Source of the DNA: Thermodesulfobacteriota bacterium
Lineage (GTDB): Bacteria; Desulfobacterota_D; UBA1144; Nemesobacterales; UBA2774
Assembly: GCA_965223335.1 (NCBI GenBank)
Contig: OZ244991.1
Location: 1,440,001-1,504,000, forward strand
Reading direction: 5' to 3'
Length of the DNA: 64,000 nt
Both the position numbers and the translations under genes were made by a program. The first letter of the stretch is position 1, and every line of letters begins with the position of its first letter. The notes beneath the pieces are model-generated. The model made no database searches and was not told where the DNA came from. It worked only from the letters and a program-made list of their open reading frames with translations. Shown in pieces: positions 50,393 through 60,997 of the stretch.

Positions 50393-51544
50393 CTAGTTTC
50401 TTATTATGCTACGAGCCTCGGCCCTGGCCCATTGGTCCGACTCTAGTACCTCGTCCAAACTCCTGCCAGCGAGTCGGTTGTGGGTGTCCATAACTTGCTC
50501 GACAGCGCTAATTATTTGGGGGAATTTGATTTCATTATTTAAAAAAGCCTCAACCGCTACTTCGTTAGCCCCATTCATTACCGCCGGCACTGTGCCTCCT
50601 TCATCAATCGACCTCATTGCAAGCCCGAGTGCTCGGAACCTGCTAGGGTCTGCTTGCTCAAAATGGAGGTCCCCAAACGTCTCAGGCGAGTTTTTGAACC
50701 CATTGAGCGCAATCCTCTGGGGATAGGCCAGCGCATATGATATGGGGATTCTCATATCGGGGATACTCATCTGTGAAATTATGGACCCGTCTATATATTC
50801 TACCATAGAATGCACGATGCTTTGCGGATGAATCCATACCGATAGTTTGTCGGAAGCGACTCCGAAAAGCCATTTTGCCTCTATAAGTTCGAATGCTTTG
50901 TTCATTAAGGTTGCCGAGTCAATTGTAATTTTTTTACCCATTTTCCATGTAGGGTGCGAAAGGGCGTCTTCTACAGTAACATCCTCTAGCTCCTGTGGGC
51001 TCTTACCGAGGAAAGGTCCTCCGGAAGCAGTTAGTATCAAGCGTTTAATATACTGGGCGCCTTGGGAGTTAATGGCCTGAAACAGAGCGCTGTGTTCGCT
51101 GTCCACGGGGATAATTTTGACCCCATTCGCAAGGGCCTCTTTGGTTAATATCTGGCCCGCTACCACCAAGGACTCTTTGTTGGCCAGTGCGATGTTTTTA
51201 CCTGCACGGATAGCCTCTAGGGTAGGTCTTAGCCCAGCGGCCCCCACCATTGCCGACACCACAGTGTCACTCTCGCCGTATGCGGCGACCTCGCAGGCCC
51301 CCGGTTCCCCAGAGTAGAGCTTGAAGTCGGGGTTTTTAAACTCATTGTATACAGCACTCATTGCTTCATCGTCTGCAACCGATACGACTTTGGGTTTATG
51401 CTTGGCGATCTGTTCATTTAGCAGAGCAGTGTTCTTCCCTGCGGCAAGTCCGAGTACTGAAAACAAGTCTGGGTGGTTGGAAATTACATCTAGGGTTTGT
51501 TGTCCGATAGATCCGGTGGATCCTAAAATAGTTATATATCTCAA
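50393..51544 (-). CDS. dxr: 1-deoxy-D-xylulose 5-phosphate reductoisomerase
   Basis: LGSTGSIG, LANKESL, PVDSEH, HPTWKMG.KITIDSAT. Confidence 0.97.
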   Translation of the reverse strand: MRYITILGSTGSIGQQTLDVISNHPDLFSVLGLAAGKNTALLNEQIAKHKPKVVSVADDEAMSAVYNEFKNPDFKLYSGEPGACEVAAYGESDTVVSAMVGAAGLRPTLEAIRAGKNIALANKESLVVAGQILTKEALANGVKIIPVDSEHSALFQAINSQGAQYIKRLILTASGGPFLGKSPQELEDVTVEDALSHPTWKMGKKITIDSATLMNKAFELIEAKWLFGVASDKLSVWIHPQSIVHSMVEYIDGSIISQMSIPDMRIPISYALAYPQRIALNGFKNSPETFGDLHFEQADPSRFRALGLAMRSIDEGGTVPAVMNGANEVAVEAFLNNEIKFPQIISAVEQVMDTHNRLAGRSLDEVLESDQWARAEARSIIRN

Positions 51545-52293
51545 ATAGCTTCCCTTTTCTTTACCTGTTCCCCAGTGAGCCCGAACCTCCTCTCTCTGTT
51601 CTGATAGTTTAATATCGCCTTTATCAGGTTACCTCTTCGGAAATTGGGCCATAGTGTTTTTGTTACGTATATCTCTGTGTATGCAAGCTGCCATAGAAGG
51701 AAGTTAGACAACCTCATCTCGCCGCTTGTCCTAATCAAAAGGTCGGGTTCCGGCAGATTATGTGTATAGAGGTGTTTGGAAAATGTTTCCTGATTAATCT
51801 TGTCGGGTGAAATACTATTGCCCGATACTATAGACTTTACGGCGTCTACAATTTCTTCGCGACCCCCGTAGCTTAAAGCCAAGGTCAAAACCATCTCGTT
51901 GCATTGTTTTGTGTTCTCGATTGTCCGCTCCAATACACCTAACACATCCTCGGGTAATTCATGGAGTCGGCCGATTGCATTTAGCCTGATGCCGTTCTCA
52001 ACCAGTGTGTCCTGTTCTTGGAGCAGGTACTGTTTGAGTAGTTCCATTAGAGCCCGCACCTCGCTCTTTGGTCTCTGCCAATTCTGTGCAGAGAATGCAA
52101 ACAATGTGATGAGCTCCACTCCCAACTCTCGCGAGGCTTTTACCACGGAGCGCACAGATTTCATCCCCTCGCGGTGCCCGCTTATCCGATCGAGGTTCTT
52201 TTTACGAGCCCACCGGCCGTTTCCGTCCATTATAACAACGATGTGTCTCGGGATATTGTTTTGGTCTACCAAGCGCTCGAGTTTAGTTTTCAT
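51541..52293 (-). CDS. uppS: Undecaprenyl diphosphate synthase
   Basis: IMDGNGRWA, YGGR, LIRTSGEMRLSNFLLWQ, RRFG. Confidence 0.96.
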   Translation of the reverse strand: MKTKLERLVDQNNIPRHIVVIMDGNGRWARKKNLDRISGHREGMKSVRSVVKASRELGVELITLFAFSAQNWQRPKSEVRALMELLKQYLLQEQDTLVENGIRLNAIGRLHELPEDVLGVLERTIENTKQCNEMVLTLALSYGGREEIVDAVKSIVSGNSISPDKINQETFSKHLYTHNLPEPDLLIRTSGEMRLSNFLLWQLAYTEIYVTKTLWPNFRRGNLIKAILNYQNRERRFGLTGEQVKKREAI

Positions 52294-52360
52294 TAGCCTG
52301 TAATTATAACACTAGCTAAAGCGTTAAAAAAACAAGAATTATATGCCTTGTTCCCCGGGA

Positions 52361-52582
52361 TTATTTAGAAAACACATTTGATAAATAAGATATCGGTACC
52401 GCTATTAATATTACCGTCAATAACACAGATAAAATTACTAAGAACGTGAGACAATAAAACACTATAGAGACTGGTATAAAAATTAATTTATAAAGAAAGA
52501 ACCAATCCTTGGACATCTCGAGCACAATGGACCCGAAGCTCTGTATAAACCTGGTTATTACGGTGATTATCATCTGTATCAT
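52361..52582 (-). CDS. Small membrane protein
   Basis: 73 aa hydrophobic ORF in an otherwise empty gap. Confidence 0.4.
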   Translation of the reverse strand: MIQMIITVITRFIQSFGSIVLEMSKDWFFLYKLIFIPVSIVFYCLTFLVILSVLLTVILIAVPISYLSNVFSK

Positions 52583-52837
52583 AATGTGAAGTTAAAGATA
52601 TATAAACTCATAGCCGATCTCAAGTTATTATATCTAGGTTAATTGTCAGAATTTGGTTTATCCCAAGTCCCCAACTCTTTGACAACATTCTAAATAATCT
52701 TATATTATTTCTCATTGCGTATCGTATAATCCAAAGTGGTTTATCTCAGTGCACACCTTTAGGAAAATACTTTTTTAACTATTCTGCTTGTATATACTTA
52801 ATTGTGGTAAAGAGCTTAAAAAAATCGAGGGGTTAGA

Positions 52838-53986
52838 ATGAATAAAATAATTTCGACCGTTTTTGTATTTGTATTGTTGTTTGCGACCGTGGTAAGTGCA
52901 GATGATGATAATGTGTATCAGGGACTTTCAAATTTTACCCGAGTGCTTGACCTGGTGGAGAGGAACTATGTTGAGGATGTTGATGCGGGAGAGCTCACTA
53001 CAAGTGCTATTGAAGGGATGCTAAGGACCCTGGACCCTTACTCTGCGTATCTTACCCCCGAGCGCTTCAGAGAGCTTGAGATTGGTACTTCGGGGGAATT
53101 CGGCGGTGTGGGCATGGAGGTCACGCTTGAGGACGATGTGCTTACGGTGGTAACCCCGATCGAAGATACCCCGGCATCTAGAGCCGGGATAGAGCCTGGG
53201 GATCAGATAGTTGAGATCGAGGGTAAATCGACCAGAGGTCTCATAGTACAAGAGGCTGTCAAACTGCTTCGAGGCCCCAAGGGGTCCCCGGTCACAATTA
53301 CGATAAGGAACCCCCAGGACGGCAGCACTCGCGAGGTCACGCTTATAAGGGATATAGTTGTGGTTAAGAGTGTGAGAGGCAAGCTTTTAGACAACAACAT
53401 TGGCTATATCAAGCTGTCCCAGTTTCAAGAGAACACCACTAGTGAACTTAAAGAAGCGATGACGGTAATCGAGTCCGGCAATGGCGGTAATCTCGAGGGG
53501 CTTATACTTGACCTGAGGAATAATCCCGGGGGGCTATTGGATCAGGCCATAGAGGTAGTGGACCAGTTTATGGGTAAGGGGCTTATAGTCAGCGTTAAGG
53601 GCAGAGATCCAAGCCAGGTAAATGAATACTATGCTACCGACAGCGGGGAGCTTAGGGATTATCCACTTGTAGTGATTGTAAATAAGGGGAGTGCGAGTGC
53701 GTCAGAGGTGGTTGCCGAGGCCCTTCAGGATACTAAACGTGCCTTGATACTCGGCACCAAAACGTTCGGCAAAGGTTCTGTCCAGACCATAATTCGGCTC
53801 GATGACGGGTCGGGACTTAAACTGACCACAGCAAAATTCTATGCCCCAAGCGGGCGTTCCATAAACGAAGTCGGTGTGGTGCCCGATATAGTTATAGAGA
53901 ATGAGAAGGGTAAGGATAAGCAACTCGACAAAGCGATTGAGCTCATAAAGAGCTCGGAACTGGCCAATACACTATCAAAGGGCTAG
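52838..53986 (+). CDS. ctpA: C-terminal processing peptidase (S41)
   Basis: LDPYS, PDZ, DLRNNPGG, SASASE, TFGKGSVQ. Confidence 0.92.
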   Translation: MNKIISTVFVFVLLFATVVSADDDNVYQGLSNFTRVLDLVERNYVEDVDAGELTTSAIEGMLRTLDPYSAYLTPERFRELEIGTSGEFGGVGMEVTLEDDVLTVVTPIEDTPASRAGIEPGDQIVEIEGKSTRGLIVQEAVKLLRGPKGSPVTITIRNPQDGSTREVTLIRDIVVVKSVRGKLLDNNIGYIKLSQFQENTTSELKEAMTVIESGNGGNLEGLILDLRNNPGGLLDQAIEVVDQFMGKGLIVSVKGRDPSQVNEYYATDSGELRDYPLVVIVNKGSASASEVVAEALQDTKRALILGTKTFGKGSVQTIIRLDDGSGLKLTTAKFYAPSGRSINEVGVVPDIVIENEKGKDKQLDKAIELIKSSELANTLSKG

Positions 53987-53998
53987 GGTCACACACTC

Positions 53999-55342
53999 TT
54001 GCCAAAAAAACCTAATAGAACCACTAGACCCAGGACTACTCGACCCCGAAGAAAACGGCGTACCAAATCTGCGGGTGCTACAAGGGCCGCTGTTTTCACC
54101 GTTGGTTTTATATGCACCCTGTTTTTAGTGCTCTGGGGGCTTAGCTACATTAAAAAGGGCCCCGACAAAGAAAGTCCCAACCAATCCGAGCGCATTGCAA
54201 AGCGTCTCGCAGAGCTAGATAATTCAATAAATAGTGGGCTCTTTAAAATAGGGGTCTCGTCCTATGATATAAGCTCTGCATCGAGTTCAAAAAAGTCGGT
54301 AGAGGACCCAGACAGCGGGGTATTGGAATGGGACCATGACCTCTATACCATTAAAACCCCGGGCGGGATAAACAAATCATCGATAAAAACGGCTATTAAG
54401 CGATCAATTGCCTCTATGGACGGGGTAGGTAGCTCGTTTCGCGACCAAGGCGATCTGCTTGTTGCAGATATAGATGTAAACGGCTATTTGGCGAGGACAT
54501 ATGAGTTTAAGTTTGTAAGCAAGGTTAAACCAAAGCCAGAAGCGATAGTAATTGAAAAACCTGTTAAAAAAGAGGCAGATCCCAAAACAATAAAAGTAGA
54601 TAGAACTGATGTTGAAGAAAAACCCCTCCCGAGCCCAAAGCCGCAAAAGGAGATAAGCAGTGTTAAAACGCATAAGCCCAAGATAGTTATCATAGTGGAT
54701 GACCTAGGTGTGAATAAAGCTCAGATTGACGACCTGCTTCGGATAGAAGAGCAGCTTACTTTTGCGGTACTGCCGGACCTTCCTTATTCCGAGTATGCTG
54801 CAAATGGAGCAAACGCAAGAGGATGGGATGTGATGCTGCATCTGCCTATGGAGCCAAAGGAGTCTTCGGGTTACAGCGGGGAAGATGCCGGGGAGGATGC
54901 ATTGCTTGTAGGTTTGCCAAAACAGTTGATAATCGATAAGCTTAACAAGCACCTCGACGCAGTCCCTCATATTAAAGGTGTAAATAATCATATGGGTTCA
55001 AAATTCATGGAAAACGGTGAGTTGTTAGAGCTTGTGTTGTCTAGGCTCAGCGAAGACGGGTTATTCTTTGTCGACAGCCTGACCTCTAACCGGTCTATGG
55101 GTTTTAGTACTGCAAAGAAACTGGATGTTAAGACCGCTTCCAGGGATCTTTTCCTGGATAATAAACAGGACCCGGAGTATATAAAAGCGCAGATCAACAA
55201 ATTGGTGGATATATCTGAGAAGAAAGGTTATGCAGTGGGCATATGCCATCCCTATCCCTCAACTCTGAAAGCTCTTAGAGAAACTCTGCCAAAGCTCAAG
55301 GACACTGTGGATATTACTTCTGTAAGCGAGATTGTGCACTGA
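53999..55342 (+). CDS. Divergent polysaccharide deacetylase family protein (YibQ-like), membrane anchored
   Basis: IIVDDLG, HLPMEP, NNHMGS, FVDSLT, RDLFLD, ICHP. Confidence 0.88.
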   Translation: MPKKPNRTTRPRTTRPRRKRRTKSAGATRAAVFTVGFICTLFLVLWGLSYIKKGPDKESPNQSERIAKRLAELDNSINSGLFKIGVSSYDISSASSSKKSVEDPDSGVLEWDHDLYTIKTPGGINKSSIKTAIKRSIASMDGVGSSFRDQGDLLVADIDVNGYLARTYEFKFVSKVKPKPEAIVIEKPVKKEADPKTIKVDRTDVEEKPLPSPKPQKEISSVKTHKPKIVIIVDDLGVNKAQIDDLLRIEEQLTFAVLPDLPYSEYAANGANARGWDVMLHLPMEPKESSGYSGEDAGEDALLVGLPKQLIIDKLNKHLDAVPHIKGVNNHMGSKFMENGELLELVLSRLSEDGLFFVDSLTSNRSMGFSTAKKLDVKTASRDLFLDNKQDPEYIKAQINKLVDISEKKGYAVGICHPYPSTLKALRETLPKLKDTVDITSVSEIVH

Positions 55343-55405
55343 GGCGGATTTAATACTTTTGCTTCAAACAAAATCGGTTTATAATTAATCATAAAGGAAT
55401 ATGGT

Positions 55406-55582
55406 ATGGGTTTAATAGACAATATAAGGAAAGAAAGGGACTCGTGGGTAAAGAGGTTTGAGGAGCATCGTCAGGACGATGATGAGCAAAAAGGTAAGAC
55501 CCAAGCAGAAATCGATAGTCAGATTGCTCAGAATAGACGGAATGTAGGGGTTTTCCCAAAAGTTCAGGACCCGAAAAAATAG
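55406..55582 (+). CDS. Small 58-aa hydrophilic protein (absent from the ORF track)
   Basis: ATG 55406 with AAAGGA RBS; MGLIDNIRKERDSWVKRFEEH...VQDPKK*. Confidence 0.55.
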   Translation: MGLIDNIRKERDSWVKRFEEHRQDDDEQKGKTQAEIDSQIAQNRRNVGVFPKVQDPKK

Positions 55583-55601
55583 TTATAGTCAGTGGTTAGA
55601 C

Positions 55602-55630
55602 TTGACATTTGATTTGTAATAAATTAGTTT
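55602..55630 (+). promoter_or_regulatory. Sigma70 promoter of rpsU-dnaG-rpoD
   Basis: TTGACA-N17-TAGTTT. Confidence 0.5.
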
Positions 55631-55667
55631 GTATGAACCTTGTGTTTATGCTATAGGAGGTTTTTTA

Positions 55668-55859
55668 ATGCCAGGGATTGTGGTCGGTAACAACGAAAGT
55701 ATCGATAGCGCTCTTAAGAGATTCAAAAAGCAAGTTGAGAAAGGGGGTGTGTTGTCTGAGGTCAGACGAAGGGAGTATTACGAGAAACCTAGTGAAAAAA
55801 AGAAGAAGAAGCTCTTTGCAGCAAAAAAGCGCGTAATTAAGCGTACTAAAAGAAGATAA
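55668..55859 (+). CDS. rpsU: 30S ribosomal protein S21
   Basis: [27 protein letters not shown] before ATG 55668. Confidence 0.95.
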   Translation: MPGIVVGNNESIDSALKRFKKQVEKGGVLSEVRRREYYEKPSEKKKKKLFAAKKRVIKRTKRR

Positions 55860-55990
55860 TCACAGTATTTTAATAGTATTAAAACAACCGGTAGGGGACA
55901 TCACTTTGAGATTATTTGACCATAATAATCGAACAAAATTTCTTTCCGCAATAATACCATCTGTACAAATTTCTTTAATACCGGTTTTAA

Positions 55991-57763
55991 ATGGCACGAT
56001 TTACAGACGAATCGATTGTTAAAGAAATAAAAGGGAGGTTGAGTATAATTAACCTCATAGAGAGCTATACATCTCTAAAAAAATCGGGGAAAAACTACGT
56101 GGGGCTCTGTCCGTTTCACGACGACAAAAACCCCTCAATGCATGTGGATGAAGACAAGGGACTGTTCCATTGTTTCAGCTGCGGGGCGGGGGGCGACATG
56201 TTTGGTTTCCTTATGCGCTACAACAACATCTCATTCCCCGAAGCCCTCGAAGAGCTTGCCAAGCAGGCCAATGTCGAGATCAGAAAACCCACCAAGACTG
56301 AAAGGGCCCAAAAATCCCAACAATCCAAACTTTTTAAGATAAACAGCCTAGTTTCAAACTTTTACCACAGAGCACTTAACAAAAGCAAAGAAGGGGCCAT
56401 TGCGAGGGATTATATACGTGATCGTGGGATAACCGCCGAGATGTGTACAGAATTAGAACTTGGGTTTGCACCCTCTGGGTGGGATAAATTGGTAAACTAC
56501 CTAGAGAAAAAGAATGTGCCGCTTGGACTGGCTTCAGAGCTTGGTCTTGTAATTAAACGAAGCGGCAAGAGCGGGTACTACGATAGGTTTAGAAACAGGT
56601 TGATATTCCCTATACGTAACATCGAAGGCAAAGTCACGGGATTTGGCGGCAGGATCTTAGACGATTCCGAACAGGCCAAGTACATCAATTCACCAGAATC
56701 AGAGATTTATCACAAAAGGTCGATTCTTTATGGCATAGACAAATCCAAGGATTTTATCCGCAAAGCCGACAAAGTCATTTTGGTTGAGGGCTATATGGAT
56801 TACTTATCGCTTTTCCAAGCTGGGGTTAAAAACGTTGTAGCGGTGTCCGGCACGTCGCTTACAAAAAATCATATAGCCATATTGAGACGTTATACAGATA
56901 GAGTGGTGCTTGTGTTCGATAGCGACAGCTCGGGCATGAATGCCGCTATTAGGTCGCTCGGGCTTTTTATAGAGCAAGACGTTAACCCCTACATAGCACT
57001 ACTGCCTGAGGGGCATGACCCCGACTCATTTATCAAGTCAGAGGGTGTGGGTGTGTTCGAGCGTATTGTGGACAATGCACATCCGTTAATCGATTTTTAT
57101 GTGCAGAGCATAGTGGACGAGTTTGCGGCTGGGAACCAGAGCCTCGCCAAGAGCAAGGATCAGGTGGTCTCTCTGTTAAGCACTATTACGGACCCGATCG
57201 AGAGAAGTAGACAGATCAAAATTGCTGCCGAGAAATTCGGGGTAAGAGAGGCGGAATTTGCATCCTCACTCCGGTTACAGAGAAAAACACACTCGCGAAG
57301 CAGTGTTAATATCACAGACCTCTCAAGTGCTACAGAGTTGATGATCTTGAAATTGGTGCTGGAGCATCCCGGGCTTCGTGGGGAGCTTACAAAAACGGAT
57401 TGGCAGGGATTGATCTCAAACACGGATATAAAGGGTGTGTTGGATAATATTCTTGAAGACGATGAGTCTGATGTATCTACAATACTGCTTGGCGCCAAGA
57501 GCGATGCTGCACAAAGATTGATCTCTGAGGCAGTGCTCGGAGGGGACGATATTGTAGATGAGGAGTCTGCAAGAGCAATACTTAGTGGCTGTATGACAAA
57601 GCTTCAGGCCAAGATGCTAGAGGAACACTTGAAAGTACTTAGGTTGGAAATGCAGAAGGCGAGCAAAAAAAATGACCATGAGCTCGAGAAAAAGTTGCTA
57701 GAGGAGTACACAGAGCTTATGAAAAAAAACAATAATAGAACAGGAGAGCCATATGAGAACTAG
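55991..57763 (+). CDS. dnaG: DNA primase
   Basis: CPFH..CFSC zinc finger, DRFRNR, KYINSPE, VEGYMD TOPRIM, DPD. Confidence 0.96.
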   Translation: MARFTDESIVKEIKGRLSIINLIESYTSLKKSGKNYVGLCPFHDDKNPSMHVDEDKGLFHCFSCGAGGDMFGFLMRYNNISFPEALEELAKQANVEIRKPTKTERAQKSQQSKLFKINSLVSNFYHRALNKSKEGAIARDYIRDRGITAEMCTELELGFAPSGWDKLVNYLEKKNVPLGLASELGLVIKRSGKSGYYDRFRNRLIFPIRNIEGKVTGFGGRILDDSEQAKYINSPESEIYHKRSILYGIDKSKDFIRKADKVILVEGYMDYLSLFQAGVKNVVAVSGTSLTKNHIAILRRYTDRVVLVFDSDSSGMNAAIRSLGLFIEQDVNPYIALLPEGHDPDSFIKSEGVGVFERIVDNAHPLIDFYVQSIVDEFAAGNQSLAKSKDQVVSLLSTITDPIERSRQIKIAAEKFGVREAEFASSLRLQRKTHSRSSVNITDLSSATELMILKLVLEHPGLRGELTKTDWQGLISNTDIKGVLDNILEDDESDVSTILLGAKSDAAQRLISEAVLGGDDIVDEESARAILSGCMTKLQAKMLEEHLKVLRLEMQKASKKNDHELEKKLLEEYTELMKKNNNRTGEPYEN

Positions 57764-59351
57764 AAAAAAGAATAGTTATCGTCCTGGCATGGATGCGGAC
57801 GAGCAGCTCTCTGATTCTACAAACGAAGACACAGTCGAATTTTCAGAGGATGATAATACCGAGTTTATTCAAGATGGAGCCGAGCAAGAGAATTTTGATA
57901 ACAACGAAAACCAAGAGCAACCTGCGTTGAACACCCAGGGAGCGGTACTCAAGACCAATCAAGAGAACACAAACGAGTACGACCTAATTAGGTATTACCT
58001 CCACGAGATCGCAGACCATTCACTATTAACAAAAGACCAGGAAATACAGATCGCCAAGGAGATCGAGGCGGGTAGAAAGGTAGTTGCACGGGCCATGCTA
58101 AGCTCCTCGCTTATGCTAAACGAGGTGATTGCACTTGGTGAGAAGCTCGAAGACGGGCTGCTAAGTGTGCGGGATATCACTAACTCGTTTGATTACGACG
58201 GTGAGGGCTCTGGTGAGGACGAGGTTCTAAACGGGATTATCAAGGCCATAGAATCTATAAAGAAACTATATACTGACAATGAAAACTGTAGAGCGCAGTT
58301 TGGGTCGGTATCGGAGAAAAAGTGTAAATCGCTTAAAAACAAGGTAAAGCGCAATGACGACAAGATAGTGAATTTTATTGAAGATATAAATTTAAACACC
58401 TGCCAGATGGAACGGATCTTGGCCAAGGCCAAAACCCACCTAAACAGATTGGAAAAATTGGAGAAAAGGGCTAAAGCCATACAAAAAGAGACGGCTGGGG
58501 GTAAAAAGTCCAAAAAGGATGTAAAGAAAAAGATGGTTGATTTCGCCCGCCAGACCTCTGAAAACACCGATGTTATCAAAAAAGCGCTTGAGAAAGTGGA
58601 ACTGGGTGAACTGACGACTCAGTTGGCCAGACGTAAACTGATCGAATCCAACCTGAGGTTGGTAGTGAGTATTGCACGGCGCTATATAAACAGAGGGCTG
58701 CCGTTTTTGGACCTTATACAGGAAGGCAACATGGGGCTTATGCGTGCAGTGGAAAAATTTGAGTATAATAGGGGCTATAAATTCTCTACCTATGCCACTT
58801 GGTGGATCCGCCAGGCCATCACACGCGCACTCGCCGACCAGTCACGTATTATAAGAATCCCGGTACACATGACAGAGACCATAAATAGAATTGTGAGGAC
58901 CTCTAGGTCCCTTGTGCAGGAACTGGGCAGAGAGCCCCTTCCCGAGGAGATAGCCGAGAGGATAGGGATATCCATAGATAAAGTGACCAGGGTGCTTAAG
59001 ATTGCCAAGGACCCGATCTCCTTGGAAACTCCCATCGGGGACGAGGAAGACAGCAAGCTGGTTGATCTAATAGAGGATACAAGCACAAGCTCGCCATCGA
59101 AAACACTCGAGATGAACGAGCTAAAAGAGATCATCAGCAACGCCCTTTCTTCAGTCCTTAATGCAAGGGAAGAGAGCATTGTGAAGATGCGGTTTGGGAT
59201 TGATGAGGAAAAAGAGTGCACGCTTGAAGAGGTCGGCCATGAGTTCAAGGTTACCAGAGAGAGGATTCGCCAGATTGAGGTTAAGGCCATTAAAAAACTA
59301 AAACGAGCCGGCAGGATCTATCCCATTAAGAGCTATCTGGAAAAAGTCTGA
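57753..59351 (+). CDS. rpoD: Primary sigma factor
   Basis: Follows dna[41 protein letters not shown]. Confidence 0.9.
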   Translation: MRTRKKNSYRPGMDADEQLSDSTNEDTVEFSEDDNTEFIQDGAEQENFDNNENQEQPALNTQGAVLKTNQENTNEYDLIRYYLHEIADHSLLTKDQEIQIAKEIEAGRKVVARAMLSSSLMLNEVIALGEKLEDGLLSVRDITNSFDYDGEGSGEDEVLNGIIKAIESIKKLYTDNENCRAQFGSVSEKKCKSLKNKVKRNDDKIVNFIEDINLNTCQMERILAKAKTHLNRLEKLEKRAKAIQKETAGGKKSKKDVKKKMVDFARQTSENTDVIKKALEKVELGELTTQLARRKLIESNLRLVVSIARRYINRGLPFLDLIQEGNMGLMRAVEKFEYNRGYKFSTYATWWIRQAITRALADQSRIIRIPVHMTETINRIVRTSRSLVQELGREPLPEEIAERIGISIDKVTRVLKIAKDPISLETPIGDEEDSKLVDLIEDTSTSSPSKTLEMNELKEIISNALSSVLNAREESIVKMRFGIDEEKECTLEEVGHEFKVTRERIRQIEVKAIKKLKRAGRIYPIKSYLEKV

Positions 59352-59417
59352 TTCAGTTTTACCGGAGCCTTTCACTAAAATACAAGTAACAACCCACCGT
59401 TAGTTTACTACATATAT

Positions 59418-60098
59418 TTATTTCGATAGACCCCTTTCCTGAAAGTAGTCCGAGAGCTTATCCCTTAGGAAGAGCCTTGCTCTAAGTACCCGGGATTTTA
59501 CAGCTGGCAGCGATAGTCCCAGTGCCTCTGCGATCTCTTTGCTCTTAAGTCCCTCAATGTCCTTCATGTGAAAAACTATGCGGTAGTCCTTGGGCAGTTC
59601 GTTTATTGCGGATTCTATGGCATCAGTGCCCTCGCGGCTAAGCAGTGTCTCGTCAGGGGTCTCGCTCCAGTCCTTGTCCTCCACACCGGACAACACACCC
59701 GAATCGTTATAGGGCTTATAGTCGTCGATGCTGAAGTGGTTTTGCTGATGCCTCTTGTCTTTTCTAATGTGCATATAGGCCGCGTTCGATGCCACTCTAA
59801 AGAGCCAGGTCGAGAACTTGGATTCCTTCCTAAACGTATGTAGCTTCTCGACAAGGATTAGGAACACCTCTTGGAGGATTTCCTCGGCATCGCTCATGTT
59901 GTTAGTGATCCTGAGCCCTAGTCTATAGATCTTATCACTGTAGCGGTTCACAAGCTCATCAAAAGCATCTGTGTTACTGTCGCTTACATACAAAGAAACC
60001 AAAGACTCATCGGATTTAGTGGTTAAATCATCATCTAAGTTTGCAGTATTTATACTCATGATTATCTGTTCCTTATCCTCTATGTTTTTTGCCAGCAT
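59418..60098 (-). CDS. ECF sigma factor
   Basis: DAEEILQEVF, SKFSTWLFRVA.N, LP..YR, AVKSRVLRAR. Confidence 0.92.
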   Translation of the reverse strand: MLAKNIEDKEQIIMSINTANLDDDLTTKSDESLVSLYVSDSNTDAFDELVNRYSDKIYRLGLRITNNMSDAEEILQEVFLILVEKLHTFRKESKFSTWLFRVASNAAYMHIRKDKRHQQNHFSIDDYKPYNDSGVLSGVEDKDWSETPDETLLSREGTDAIESAINELPKDYRIVFHMKDIEGLKSKEIAEALGLSLPAVKSRVLRARLFLRDKLSDYFQERGLSK

Positions 60099-60116
60099 CT
60101 TAATGCCTCCTATGTA

Positions 60117-60131
60117 TAGTTGACTGGTCGG
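60117..60131. promoter_or_regulatory. Putative TetR operator upstream of the ECF gene
   Basis: TAGTTGACTGGTCGG, 13/15 identical to 60801-60815. Confidence 0.65.
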
Positions 60132-60158
60132 CTTTTACGATCTTAAAAAATATATGCT

Positions 60159-60785
60159 TTAACTGACGGCTCTAGCCTTGTTTTGTTTTTTCCTTACTAT
60201 CAGTTGGGGTATACACTCACCCAGTTCTCTAATTAGATCTACATCATCAAATGTTTTCACAAGCAGACACATACCCTCTACATACGCAAGCATTGATTTT
60301 GCGGTTTTACGAGTGTCTGTATCCGAGGGGAACGAACCGTCAGCGACCGCCTCTTTTACAACACCCTCTATACAGTCGGTCCACTCATTGAACACGTGCT
60401 GTACTTTTTCGCGGATAACCTGGTCTTGTGTGCTGAGCTCAAGCGCCAAGTTCCCTATGTGGCACCCCGTGCTACAGCCGAGAATTTCCTTTGTACACTT
60501 TTGAGCCTTTTCAGACTCGTCCAGTAGCAATTGAAACTTTCTCATAGGCGGGATATCGGCTGTGCAAACCGGGTCGAGAATACTCGACTTGAACATGCCC
60601 CACATTATATCGATTGCCTCTAGGGTCAGGTCTCTTTTGGATGGGAAAAAATGATAGAAGCTGCCTTTCTTTACCCCGGCATGGTCGCAGAGCTCTTGGA
60701 CCCCGACGGAGTTATAGTTAGTTGCGCCGATTAACTCAATGGCGCTTTGTATCAAATTTTCTTTTGCGTTACTCGTTCTTCCCAT
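60159..60785 (-). CDS. TetR-family regulator, NemR-like, Cys-rich
   Basis: AGVKKGSFYHFFPSK HTH; GCHIGNLALE; 8 Cys. Confidence 0.9.
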   Translation of the reverse strand: MGRTSNAKENLIQSAIELIGATNYNSVGVQELCDHAGVKKGSFYHFFPSKRDLTLEAIDIMWGMFKSSILDPVCTADIPPMRKFQLLLDESEKAQKCTKEILGCSTGCHIGNLALELSTQDQVIREKVQHVFNEWTDCIEGVVKEAVADGSFPSDTDTRKTAKSMLAYVEGMCLLVKTFDDVDLIRELGECIPQLIVRKKQNKARAVS

Positions 60786-60800
60786 ATCTACGGCACCTAT

Positions 60801-60847
60801 TAGTTGACCAGTCGGTAAAATAATATCATTTTAAGTATATATGTCAA
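60801..60847 (-). promoter_or_regulatory. tetR promoter with autoregulatory operator
   Basis: Minus-strand TTGACA-N16-TATTAT with extended TG; operator TAGTTGACCAGTCGG at 60801-60815. Confidence 0.65.
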
Positions 60848-60997
60848 GGGTTTTTTTATAACAATTCCATAGATGATGCGTATCCCCTATAAATTATTGA
60901 TAAATATGGTTTGTTCGTGGTACGCTGATAAGTGCTTTTAATGCAACAATTTGCAGAAATTCAGCAATATCAGGATAGAATTTGTTTGATTTAATTC

